Position numbers and translations under genes: made by a program. From NCBI GenBank assembly GCA_965203295.1, contig CBDBCZ010000009.1:32001-96000 (forward strand): a stretch of 64,000 bases of DNA, written 5' to 3'. Each line of letters begins with the position of its first letter. Position 1 is the stretch's first letter. This DNA comes from Nitrospirales bacterium (GTDB taxonomy: Bacteria; Nitrospirota; Nitrospiria; Nitrospirales; UBA8639). Positions 24,488 to 36,459 of this stretch are shown here, piece after piece. The notes under the pieces are model-generated. The model was not told where the DNA came from and searched no databases. It saw nothing but the letters and a program-made list of their open reading frames with translations.

Positions 24488-26559
24488 ACCAGCATAGCTT
24501 TTGCCTGCACAGCCTGCCCACTCAAAGCCACATGATTAGCTGAGAATGGGATAGCAATTGCAGGAAATTTCTTTACATTAGCCATGGCAACAACAGGGGT
24601 ACTACCCACGGAATACAGATACTATCTGCAGTTACAAATTAAACTTTAATTTACACTTACCCACCACTTCGAGCACTGGATGGGATGGGATGGGGATAGA
24701 ATAGATCTCGAACTTTCATACTCAATTAGCTGTAACGAGTTTTTATGTAAACAGAGCAGTGGGAAGTTACATATACATGTAGGTGCATACCAATACCACA
24801 TGTCCAGAGGAAGTAGGACATGTGCCCACTGAGCATGTCTCAACAGTATCACTTAGTGATAGGTGGGCTGTATGATGCGAGCTGCTTTTGTGTTAACATT
24901 AAACTAGCTATATGATGGAACGTTCTTAATTACCCAATACACAATTTTATACCCATTACACAATTTTATACCGGTCACATATTTAAACCGGTCACATATA
25001 TTTTCATTAATCTGCCATGCTATGTAGCCATACCAATTTGTCAAAGCACTGGATTAAAAGGCCTAGGACACAGAACATCGACCCTTGGCCCAGAGGATAT
25101 ATGGCAGATAATGAACATTCCCTGGATGGGCAATAGAAGAGCAGGTAGCTAATCACTTGGGGACAGGTGGCTGCAACAGGACATTCCTACACAAAAACCA
25201 TGGCAACAACTGGTTACCATGTAAACTAAACAAAGAGAGATAACAGATGCAAAGTACATGTGTATTTCAGTGGATCTGAGTCTGAGAGCAAGCTAGATTG
25301 AATTACCCTCCACAGCAACTCCATCTTCATGTACAGTTGCCAACCTCAGCCTAATTAGGCCATGGGAGAAACACATTGGAGAGCAGGTTAGTACTGGTTT
25401 ATATGCATCACGACACCAGAGGACATGATCCCTAGGGGATAATATCTCCTCAGCTAGGTCCGTGTAGAAGGATAAGTGTATCCTACCATCATTGGTGGAC
25501 TTCTAGAATGTATAAAGATGTTGCTCATATGGACCTGTTGGTGAGTATTATCAAATGCCATGTCCTCCCTTTTCTGGACGTAATTATCTCTATGTTCCCA
25601 CTACTTTGTTTACATGGTACCCAGTTGTTGCCATGGCTATTGTATAGGAATTTTGTGCAGTTGCTATCCCATCTAGGTTGCCCCTACCCACGTCTTTGAG
25701 TGGGCAGGCTGTGTAGGCAGTATGCTGGTTCATAATACAGTAAAGCAATTATGGACTCAGGTTGATGTATAATAACACACTAACTATACGTAAAAAAAAT
25801 TGGCGAATGTAGGGCACTGTCATGCATGCATCATTGTGGGGTAAATGTGAGCAAGTGCATATGCACGTGTACATCATTAATATTAGTTTAAGATTTCATG
25901 CAGCCTGTGTGTAAGACCTTTTGTTAGTGTGTATGATCTCCCTCTGCCCTGCATGCTGTGGTATCTGCTACTTTTTTTCACTTATGTCTGGCTACACCTT
26001 ACAGTGTAGTCTGGCCTCTCTCTGCTTTCCTGGCTACTGGTTGCTAATGGAAAGTCTCTAAACTATTATCTGGAACATCATTGCCATGTTATTAGAGTAT
26101 GTACCATAGTTGTATTCCCAAGTTACTCATAGGACATGAGGGTGTGTTCCTTAATTGCTCTACAAGCCACTTAATGTCATTACTACAGACATACCCAGCA
26201 CGTCTCAACAATCGAATATCACTTAACGACAGGTGGGTTGTAAGATGTGAACTGCTGTTGTGTTAGCAATACAATGGTATGTTCTTACCCAACACACAAT
26301 TTTATGTCGGTCATTAATTCGCCATGGCCATGTGGCCAACTACACACTGGGCTGTTCACAATAAGTTGAATTGTAGTATGTAGTTTTTGTCCTTTCCTCA
26401 GTCCTCATGATATGTCATATACAGATCGAGAATTTACTAACTGAAATGAATTGTACCTCCTTAATGAGGTTTGATATATCACAGGAGGTTGTGGGTGGCT
26501 TAATTTTAATTTCTTGAAAGCTGTAAGGTGGCTAATACGTCTGATTGATGGTATTGACT

Positions 26560-26920
26560 CAGAGTTTGCCATGGCATTCAGTGCCTATATATAACTACAG
26601 TGATAGCATCACCTCATCAAGTGACTATAATTAGCATGCATAATGGCCTTCCTGTCATTGAATTCACGAGAATATAATTATAATTAAGTTTTTATCTTGG
26701 ATGTCTGGGATGTGTATCATTCCAGCTACTGTGTGTGTGCTGATTAAAATTGCCAGCCACACACTGTACTGTATTAATCTTTTCAGTAATGCATTCAGTG
26801 GCGCCAGCTATTAATTTGTACATGTCCTCCTCTCTCCACTGGAACGTGCCTGAATTTGGTACTTTATATCCCATGCTAAGTGTATATAAGGCATGCAGTT
26901 CCCAGTCACAACGATCACAC
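26560..26920 (+). promoter_or_regulatory. Conserved family promoter and upstream block (TATA box 26883-26889, CCCAGTCACA element)
   Basis: Same ordered motifs (cattccagct(g/a)ctgtgtgtg, cagtggc(g/a)cca, tttgtacatgtcc, ctctccactggaa, TATATAA, ccca(g/c)tca) precede copies D, E, F, G and H. Confidence 0.7.
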
Positions 26921-26956
26921 TCTCTAACGTAGTTCGACATGAGCTGTTTAGCCACA

Positions 26957-28033
26957 ATGAGTAGTAAAGTTTTGTACTCAGTTCTTGCACTCGTTCTAGC
27001 TGCTGAACTTCAGCTCACTTCATGCCAGGAAGGTGTGACTAGCCAGCATGACAATAGCTCACTACCAGTGAGTTACCCTGCTACAGTACTGGAGGGAGGG
27101 GGGCAGGTCTGTCCTCCTGAGGAGCAACTGGAGATGGCCAGAGCTGAAATTGCTGAAGATATTCTGAACACTATTCGAAACAATATCCTTTGTCCAGGTC
27201 AAGTCCAGGAGAATCCAGCATCATCCTGTCTTGAAGTGTCACAGTGCAACCCCCAACTCCCGTCAGAGTACTACTGGATCACCAGCTCTAATGGAACAGC
27301 TGTTCGGGTCTATTGCGACATGACCAGGGAGTGTAGTTGTAACAGTACTAGTGTTGGAGGATGGTCTCGTGTGGCCTACCTCAACATGACTGACCCTACC
27401 CACCAGTGTCCACCAGCATGGAGGGAGATCGCAGAGCCTGTGAGAACGTGTGGAAGAACCAATGAAACTGTGCCACGTCCTGGTCAACCCGATAATCTGG
27501 GTGGCTGCAGCTCAGTCTCTTTCAGTACCTACAATATCTCATTTTCTCACATTTGTGGTAGAATTATAGGCTATCAGCTTGGAAGTCCGGAGGCATTTGC
27601 TGCCTATCCTGCCGAATATTCCAGAATAGAGGATCCCTTTGTGGATGGAGTGGTTATCACACGTGGAACAGAGAAACAGCATGTTTGGACATTTGCTGCT
27701 TCAAACCGTGAGCTGCAGTCCGCTTTTGAGGGTGTCTGTCCTTGCACCAATAGTTTAAGTCCACAACAAATTCCTTCTTTTGTGGAGCAGGACTACTTCT
27801 GTGAAACTGGTGTTACTAGTGGTTTGAGTGAATTTGTATTCTACCCTGATGACCCACTCTGGGATGGAGAAGACTGTGGGCCAGAAAGTACTTGCTGCGA
27901 GCTGAACAATCCACCGTACTTTTGTAAGGGTCTAACTGAGCCTACAACCGATGATATTGAAGTGAGAATATGTGCCAATGAGCTGCTTCGTGCTGACACT
28001 CCTATTGAACTAATTGAGATCTTTGTGCAATAA
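26957..28033 (+). CDS. Secreted family copy D (intact)
   Basis: Full ORF with signal peptide and all framework Cys motifs. Confidence 0.9.
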   Translation: MSSKVLYSVLALVLAAELQLTSCQEGVTSQHDNSSLPVSYPATVLEGGGQVCPPEEQLEMARAEIAEDILNTIRNNILCPGQVQENPASSCLEVSQCNPQLPSEYYWITSSNGTAVRVYCDMTRECSCNSTSVGGWSRVAYLNMTDPTHQCPPAWREIAEPVRTCGRTNETVPRPGQPDNLGGCSSVSFSTYNISFSHICGRIIGYQLGSPEAFAAYPAEYSRIEDPFVDGVVITRGTEKQHVWTFAASNRELQSAFEGVCPCTNSLSPQQIPSFVEQDYFCETGVTSGLSEFVFYPDDPLWDGEDCGPESTCCELNNPPYFCKGLTEPTTDDIEVRICANELLRADTPIELIEIFVQ

Positions 28034-30961
28034 TTACTTGTGTATAGCTACAGCAGTGTGTTGCAAGTTTTATTTTGGGTTTTTCTATGGTGATAGCTAA
28101 CTCAGTTTTTTTCCCTTACATTGCACCATAGTTTTTTCCCTGCCATCGGTTGGGCTGGCCCATGGCTAAATATTTTAGTTACAGTCCCTTGCTTTTTATA
28201 CTGTTCACTAGTATATACGTATTATCCTGCTTGTAGCTTTTACTTTTGTTTGTACATTTTTACATATTGTCAAGCATACAAAGTTCTAAAGTCAAGCTGC
28301 GGAAACATCTTTCTAATATGCGATACTTCACCAGCGTGTCTACAGTGATGTAGAATGACAGTTTTATCCCCTGCTGTGTTGTTGCCATGGCTACTGTCTA
28401 GGAATTTCCAGATGTAGTCAGGTAATTGCCATCCTACTCACACAGTTTTGAGTGGGCATGCAGGTTGTGCAGGCAGTGTGCTGTTTCACAATGCAGTGAA
28501 GTATTGATACACACAGGTAGTAAGTTGTGTCACGTATACTACGTGAATGCAGGATATTGTGGGGTGAGCATAAGTAGTGCATATGTATCTGTGTGATCCA
28601 ATGTAGCTGAGTGTGCATGAGACTGATGACTTTTGTTTCGAATGTACAATGAGTCTGCATGTTCTCCCTCTGCCTTGTGATACCTGCTGCTTCCTTTTAC
28701 TTATGTATATGCCTGGCTACCCCTATGGTCTGCAGTTTGTTTTCAGTACCGTGTGGTCTGGCCTCTCTCTGCTTTCCTGGCTACTGGTTGCTAAGGGGAT
28801 GTTAATTCTAAGCTATTTTCGTGATGTCATTGCAATTGTATTAATGTATTCCCAAGTTATCGAAAGATCGACATGAGTGTGTTTTCCTTAATTGCTTTTA
28901 CATAATATTATAGAAGCCACTTAAACTCACTACTACAGACATACTCATGTGCCCTCTGAGCCCGTCTCAGCAAAGTCAGTGAACATGTACGTATGGATTG
29001 TAAGATATGAATTGCTGCATTGTTCGATATGTCTGTCACTTGGGTTCCTATACAACACATATATCTTTTTAAATGTCATAAATGCTACAAACCTACATGG
29101 ACTAAACACACTTAAAAAAATGAAACTAGTTATAGATCTTCCATGTGATCACATTTTCTCAAACAATACCTTCAGAACCATTCAATGAATGAGCACAGTT
29201 ACTGTAATAAAAGGAAGGAACTGTTGTGTGGCTGACCCCACCCTCCAGTTTCAGCCCCACCAAACCTCTTGCATTAGATATGCACATGTAATTATTGTAC
29301 AACTGCCATTGGATATGTATCAAATTAGGTACTTGCATGGGTATACAGTACATTGTTTGACAATAGAGTGTATATATAGAACTTCAGATCCAGTCATAGT
29401 ATTTCAGCACAGTAACCAAGATTAGTTGTCAGAATATCTTATTCCTATCTGACCTACTCGGTACATATTACAATATCGGTTCCCACTGTTATGTATAAGT
29501 ATATACATTGTACCCTGTTGTTGCCATGGATTATGTGTAGGAATTTCCTATTATTGCTATCCCATTCTCAGCTAATCAGGTGGCTTCGAGTGGGCAGGCT
29601 GTGCAGGCAGTATGCTGGTTCACAATACAGTGTATACTAACTAGGTGAATATAGGGCTTTGTCATGCATGATTGTGAATACAGGTGCATATGCATGCATA
29701 CATCATCAATATCAGTTGAAATTTCATGGCACCAGTGTGCATGAAACTGTGCTGTGTGCTGTTGCCATGGCCATTGTATAGGAATTTGCTGTTGTTGCTA
29801 TCAGCTAATCAGGTGGCTTTGAGTGGGCGGGCTATGCAGGTACGTAGTGTGCTAGTTAACAATAGAGTATATGATTGTTGTGTGAGCATGTGCAATATCA
29901 CTTAAGATTTCATGCAGCAGCCAGTTGTGCATGAAATGTATGAATCTTGTTAGTCTGCACGATCTTCCTCTGCCCTGTGGCAGTGATTGCATACAATGAT
30001 TTCCCTCTGCCCGTGGTATCGCAGCCCTGCTTTCTTTCACTTATGCCTGGCTATACCCCTACGGTCTGGAGTTTGTTTTCAGTACAGTGTAGTCTGGCCT
30101 CTCTCTGCTTTCCTGGCTACTGGTTGCTAAGGGGACGTCTCTAAACAATGTTTAGAACATTATTGCAATGTTATCACTTCAGAGTATGTACTGCAGTTGT
30201 ATTCCCAAGTTACTCCTACTCAAAAGATGGACATGAATGTGTGTGTTCTGTAATTGCTCTACAGGAAGCCCACTTAAACATTACTACAGACATACTCATG
30301 TGCCCACTGAGCACGTCTCAACAAAATCATTTAACAATCATGATTTAACGACATACAGGTGGGGTGCAAAATGTGAACTACGGTTATGTTAACATTATAT
30401 AATATTTATGGTACGTTCCTACCCAAAACACAATTTTATGTCAGTCACAGAGCTTATTATTAATCCACCATGCCTTGTGGGCAACTACACAGTGTTGTTC
30501 ACAGTAAGTTAGGACCTATTAGTTTGTAATTCTTCCTTCCTCAGTCTCTGTGTCATATCATGATTGGCAAATTTACAGACTTGTGACTCCGCAATGCAGT
30601 TTAATATATCGTAAGAGCTGATGGTAGACATTGATTTTAATTTTTACTGTAAGGTGGCTAATGTACTGTCTGATTGAATTCACGAGAATAAATGCTCTTA
30701 TGTTAGGATGTCTGGAATGTGTACCATTCCAGCTGCTGTGTGTGTGCTCTAGTAAAGCTACTGATTAAAGAAATTGCTAGCCGAAACACTGTACTGTATT
30801 AATCTTCAGTGGCGCCATCTATTAATTTGTACATGTCCTCCTCTCTCCACTGGAACGTGCATTAATTAGGTACTTTATATCCCAATCCTAGCGTATATAA
30901 AGCAAATCCCAGTCACAGCGATCACATTCTGATGTATTTCAGCCCGAGCTGTTCAGCCACA

Positions 30962-31945
30962 ATGAGTAGTAGCATTTTTTACACAGTTTTTGCACTCATT
31001 CTAGCTGCTGAACTTCAGCTCACTTCATGCCAGGAAGGTGTGACTAGCCAGCATGACAACCGTACATTACCAGTAGCTTACTCTGCTACAGTACTGGAGG
31101 GAGGGGGGCAGGTTTGTCCTCCTGAGGAGCAACTGGAGATGGCCAGAGCTGAAATTGCTGAAGACATTTTGAACATTGTTCGCAGTAACATCCTTGACGT
31201 ACACTGTCCAGGTCAAGTCCAGGAGAATCCAGCATTATCCTGTCTTGAAGTGTCACAGTGCAACCCTCAACTCCCGTCTGAGCACTACTGGATCACCAGC
31301 TCTAATGAAACAGCTGTTCAGGTCTATTGTGACATGACCAGGGAGCTAGTGTAGTTGTAGCAGTGCTAGTGTTGGAGGATGGTCTCGTGTGGCCTACCTC
31401 AACATGACTGACCCTACCCACCAGTGCCCACCAGCCTGGAGGGAGATCACAGTCATTTTCTCACATTTGTGGTAGAATTCTAGGCTACCAGTTTGGATCT
31501 CCAGATGCTTTTCGTTCCTACACCCTCTCACACTTCACTAGAATAGAGGACCCCTATGTGGATGGAGTGGTTGTCACGCGTGGAACAGCGAAAGAGCATG
31601 TTTGGACATTTGCTGCTTCACTCCAGTCTGCCGAGGTTCCTTATGCTGTCTGTCCTTGCACCAGTAGTCAAAGTACGCAATCCATTCCATCCTTCATGGG
31701 GCAGGACTACTTCTGGTATTACTAGTGGTTGGAGCAATGGTGGATTTTACCCTGATGGTGACCCACTCTGGGATGGAGAGGGCTGTGGGTCAGGAAGCAC
31801 TTGCTGCGAGCTGAATGGACCACCATACTTTTGTAAAAGTCTAACTGAGTCTACAGCTGATGATATTGAAGTGAGAATTTGTTCTGATGAGAACCTTAGT
31901 CTCGCAGACACTTCGATTCAACTGATTGAGATCTTTGTGCAATAA
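30962..31945 (+). pseudogene. Secreted family copy E (full span, disrupted)
   Basis: 4-bp insertion (GAG-CTAG-TGT) at about 31346, ~100-bp deletion at about 31452 removing loop 1, 8-bp deletion at about 31713; TATA at 30894-30900 intact. Confidence 0.9.
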
Positions 31946-32739
31946 TGAATGGAATGATGTAAATTGTAATTGTAGTTACAATAGTGTGTTGTAATTTTAT
32001 ATACTAACGATGGCGTGGATTTTTCAGCTGACTCAACATTTCAACCATAGTTGTTTTTTTTTTCCCAGTCATGCATTGTCGGGCTGTCCTTTGGCTATAC
32101 ACTCCCTTGGTTTTATACTGCAGTTTGTGTTAGTTAATTACAAATTTAGGGTTAGCCCATTTGTTGTTGTAGCTGTTTCTCTTGTTGGTAATTATCAGAT
32201 TTTTTAACAAAGCTCTGAAGTCAAGATGTGAAAGCTTGTAAATATATTTGGTCATAATTAAGTATCCTTGGGTGGATAATAGTTTTAATCATAGCATGCA
32301 GTGGATTTCTGGAGGAAAGTATCAATCAATCCGGTGCTAATATTTTTCATTTCCACAACTCATACATGTAGGTAAATGTTGTAGCCTTTATTAGTACATG
32401 AAGTACACTGGCATGCATATAATATGTAGAAGTCAGGATGCTTATGATTAGGATAATGTAGCTATGGCAATAATTTAAGGTGTGCAATTACTATTCATAT
32501 TATGTGTAGCTACAATACCTAATATTAATGTAGCCTAATTTCACTCCATCCTTCTTCAGTTTGTAGCTTGGAAGGCAAGCAATGCACAACTGATTTATTC
32601 TATTGTGAGGACAGTCACGATAATAAAGTTTCTTCAATTCCAACCTGAATTTCAGTTCTTTCAAAAGTTGCCGAAGAGTTTGCTACAGTGTCCTAGGGTA
32701 CAAATAGCATTGTAGTAAAAAAGACCTCCCTATACGGTA

Positions 32740-33765
32740 TACTGTATGGTGCAATTTTTCGCGTCCAAGGCGATTTCGCAACAAAAAGAACTGAACCAGA
32801 TCTAGCTATGAGTGAACTGTTACTGCAGACATCCTTCACTGTCCTTCCAGCTCCCAGTGGATCTTTGTCTTCTTTCTTATAATTAGCCCCGCGGCTACAC
32901 AGTATAAAGGATACTAATGATAAGTGGGAGTGCTCTGAACCCGTTTTTTTTTTCCCGCGACGACGCGTGAAGGAATGTTAAGTGGTAGGTACTAATGTAG
33001 ATAAGTGGCTCGAGCGCACGGAAGCGACAGTACCACGCCTCTTGGAGCCAAAAGTGCACGTGCGAAGAATGGAGGGCTACATCAAGACGTTATAAACCCC
33101 CGTTGCAAGAACTCGCTATCTCGAAAAGCTATCCTTGCTAGGGCTGCGCGAAAGTGATGGCCCATATAGTGAACGCAACAATTGCTGGAGACTGCAGCCA
33201 CGGAACGCTAGGTATCATATCTATGCTGCAGCTATCCACTTCGCCCATCTTGATTTATCAGCCAAGGCACCCCATCCTTCTTGTTGTGGAAACCAACAAC
33301 ACAACAGTTGTACACCATGGCCAGACTTAGCGTATAACTGCTCAAAAGTCACTTGTACCGGTACTATACCATAGATAGCTAACTTTAGCTACTCTATTAT
33401 CTACGCTTTAGCGCGCTTTGGCCCTCCAAGGGGCGTGGTACTTCCGCTTGCGTGCGATAAAGGTATGGCTATATTATCTACGGATAAAGCCACTTAACCG
33501 GATCGGAGCAACAGGCAACGATCGGCGAACCTGCCTTAGTGGGCGTCACTGCACGGTATTAAAAAGGTGGCTGTCAGTCATTTTCGAAGAAGTTGGGGGT
33601 TAAACAACGGCAGGTCGCAGTGCGGAGTGAACAACAGTCTGCTTGACGGTAAGAACAACAGTCTGCTGACGCCACGGTACGAATGGGCGTGGTTAATTTG
33701 CGCTAACACAAAAATATAAATTGAAGGCATTTTTATAATTTTTTGCAAAAATTTACGCCTGATGT
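32740..33765. mobile_element. Probable decayed TA-type DNA transposon (CpG-rich interior)
   Basis: Starts TA|CTGTATGGTGCAATTTTTCGCG; right part ends '..ttttgcaaaaatttacgcc'; composition differs from the flanks; ends poorly defined. Confidence 0.35.
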
Positions 33766-34018
33766 ACAGAGAATTTTAGGAATAGATATTCTGATCAGTA
33801 GCAGCTAGCTACATTAGGTTACTGTGCTGAATTACTATGGTTGGAGGTGAATTTGCACACACTCCCAGACCATTGTCACATAACTTACTGTACATGTACC
33901 TATAATGGCCTATAATGAGAGAGTAATTACAGTTGGAATTGGCTGGGTCCTACTGGCAAGTGCTACTAGCGGATTTACTGGCTATATAAAGCTTGCCTAC
34001 TGCTCCTCTGCCAAGGGG

Positions 34019-34092
34019 GCTCCAGTAGCTCAATTGGTAAGAGCATCTGACTAGTATTCAGAAGGTCCTGGGTTCAATACCCAGCTGGGTCC
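34019..34092 (+). tRNA. tRNA-Thr(AGT)-like sequence, probably part of a mobile insert rather than a functional tRNA
   Basis: D arm GCTC/GAGC, anticodon arm TCTGA-CTAGTAT-TCAGA, T arm CTGGG-TTCAATA-CCCAG, acceptor GCTCCAG/CTGGGTC with one mismatch; T5 run at 34096. Confidence 0.65.
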
Positions 34093-34197
34093 CAATTTTT
34101 CGGGATTTCTTTACTCTCTCAGAAAGCTTTCTTCTCTTGAAGAGTTCACAATGTATACTTGATTGCCTAATTGGAGACATATCCATAAGAACATGTG

Positions 34198-34759
34198 CTG
34201 TCACAGGAATATTGGTCCTGAAAATTTTGATCCCCTGAACTGAAATTTTCTATGGAAAATCGTTCCCCGCGGGTACTGACGGTGCATAATCTTGTTCATG
34301 AGCACCAGTCAGGCTGTGCTGGAATGTCCCTTAACACTTACAAGCTGTAGCTAGGTACACCTGCATAGATAATTTGAGCCCCATATGCAACCCAAAGCAT
34401 GCACGCAATTAGTGTTGTTTACAATACCAACTCCTCCTTGAGTTGAGAGTCGAGAGCCTCATCCTGATTGGTGAAACTTGGAATGAGCCAATTCAAATTA
34501 AAGCACACTATCAACAATGACGGCTAAACTTGCTAGAAGACTTGGACTAGTGTTTTAATAACTCTTCATATGCCCCTGGATTTTCTTAACCCTGCGGACT
34601 CTTTTGCGCCAAACTGTACGTGTACAGTCGCTCCGACAGCAGATTTCATATCCATGCCCGAACTAAAAACGTTCGGGGGAAAAGGGCCAAGGGGACCAAT
34701 TTTCCTGGAATTTTGGTCCCTCAGACCAAAATTTCGCCGGACCAAAATTTCCGTGAAAG
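34198..34759. mobile_element. MITE with GGTCC/GGACC subterminal repeats
   Basis: CTGTCACAGGAATATTGGTCC ... GGACCAAAATTTCCGTGAAAG imperfect TIRs. Confidence 0.6.
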
Positions 34760-35679
34760 TAGTCACAGTGCATGTGCATGCCTAATGTACAGACAGAGGT
34801 TTGGTGGGGTGGAAATTGAAGGGTAGTGTCAACCACACAACAGTTCTTTCCTCATATTTCTGTGCTTATTTATTGGATGGTATTGTTTGAGAAAGTGTGA
34901 TATGACGGGGTTATAACTGTACTTGTTTTAAGTGTGTACGTACGTATGTAAGGCAGAGTCCATGTAGGTTTTTAACTAGTACTATTGGCATTGAAAATGA
35001 TGGGTGTGTTGTATAGGAACCCAAGTGAATGACAGTTAACACTACAGCATTTCACATCTTACAGTACAACCCACCCGTCGCTAATTGATTTGGTTGAGAT
35101 GCGCTCAGTGGGCATAATCTGAGCATGCATGGCATTCCCTACTGATCAAGAGCCATGTTTGATCACAGCCTCGTTCCCAGGAATTGTATTACACATGTTC
35201 CCTCCTCTCACTTGGTACTGTAAATTCCTGGCTCTTTTTACAAGCTCTATACATCGTTTGTCTCACTACACACATCATGTAATTTGAATTTTATTTGTAG
35301 TTTACAAATGTGATTTAGCACTTGCCTTCCTTTATAGACTGCTATCTCTTTGACATATTAGTGTGAGGCTGGCACCAATAAACAAAATGACAAGTTTCAT
35401 TAACAATAATTTGTTTATGTATGTGGTGTAGCGTATGTTATTGCTTCTACAGCATTTGTTAACTATACAGAAGTTTAGTTTCAGAATGTGACTGTACAAT
35501 AGTGTCCTCGCTGTTCAGAGATTCTCTCAGTTGGATGTACACTTCATGAATAATCACAAAGTTCAATTGCAAATCTGAATTTCAACAGAAGTTTCTTTCA
35601 GGAGTGCTATTTATGCCCTGAAGAAGACTACAGCACTGTGATGTGTGATGTCATATATTCCACTGCCACCCTCATACAG

Positions 35680-35789
35680 GGAGAAAGATGAAGACCTCTA
35701 CCTCGACCAGATCAGCAAGACCTTTGACCCCAACCAGTAGTCACTGCTGTCGGCAACACACTTCGCTCAGACTGGGAGCAGCGTACCAG
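35680..35789 (+). pseudogene. Orphan 110-bp exon copy with an in-frame stop
   Basis: CAG|..EKDEDLYLDQISKTFDPNQ*SLLSATHFAQTGSSVP..|GTCAGT; paralog of 63056-63165. Confidence 0.55.
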
Positions 35790-36266
35790 GTCAGTGGCTG
35801 CTAGTGTAGCACTGGGTATCCCAAAGGCTATATATGCATTCATGGAGTGTGTACTCCTGTAATAGTGTATACGTACATACAAGTATTGAGAGAAAAATGA
35901 GTATGAAAATACAGGATTCATACAGGCAACATGCACGTTCGCAGCATGTTCTCTTAATTGGCAGATTGAAAGCCACTTGTGTTTTTAGCAGGGGACTGAA
36001 AGAAGCCTATTGTAGGTGGATTATGTTATGAGTATAGTAGACTGGGTCCCGTTTGTAGAATGTAGTGCAAGGTATGTCTCTGCTAGAGACTTCTAGTTTA
36101 AAAAGTTACATGACATGTCAGACTCATTAATTAAACACAAAATTTAATGTACCCGAGGTTGAACAGAGTCATGTACCACAGTGTTACTGGTAGGGCAGTT
36201 CTTGCTTGTTAGGACAAACCAGCAGGTAGGAGTCTTTTTATGCTGTCAGTGACGCTCATGCACAGT

Positions 36267-36417
<151 letters not shown>

Positions 36418-36459
36418 GCAACATCCTTGGAGTCCTTTGTGCTGAGTACAGGGTATCGT

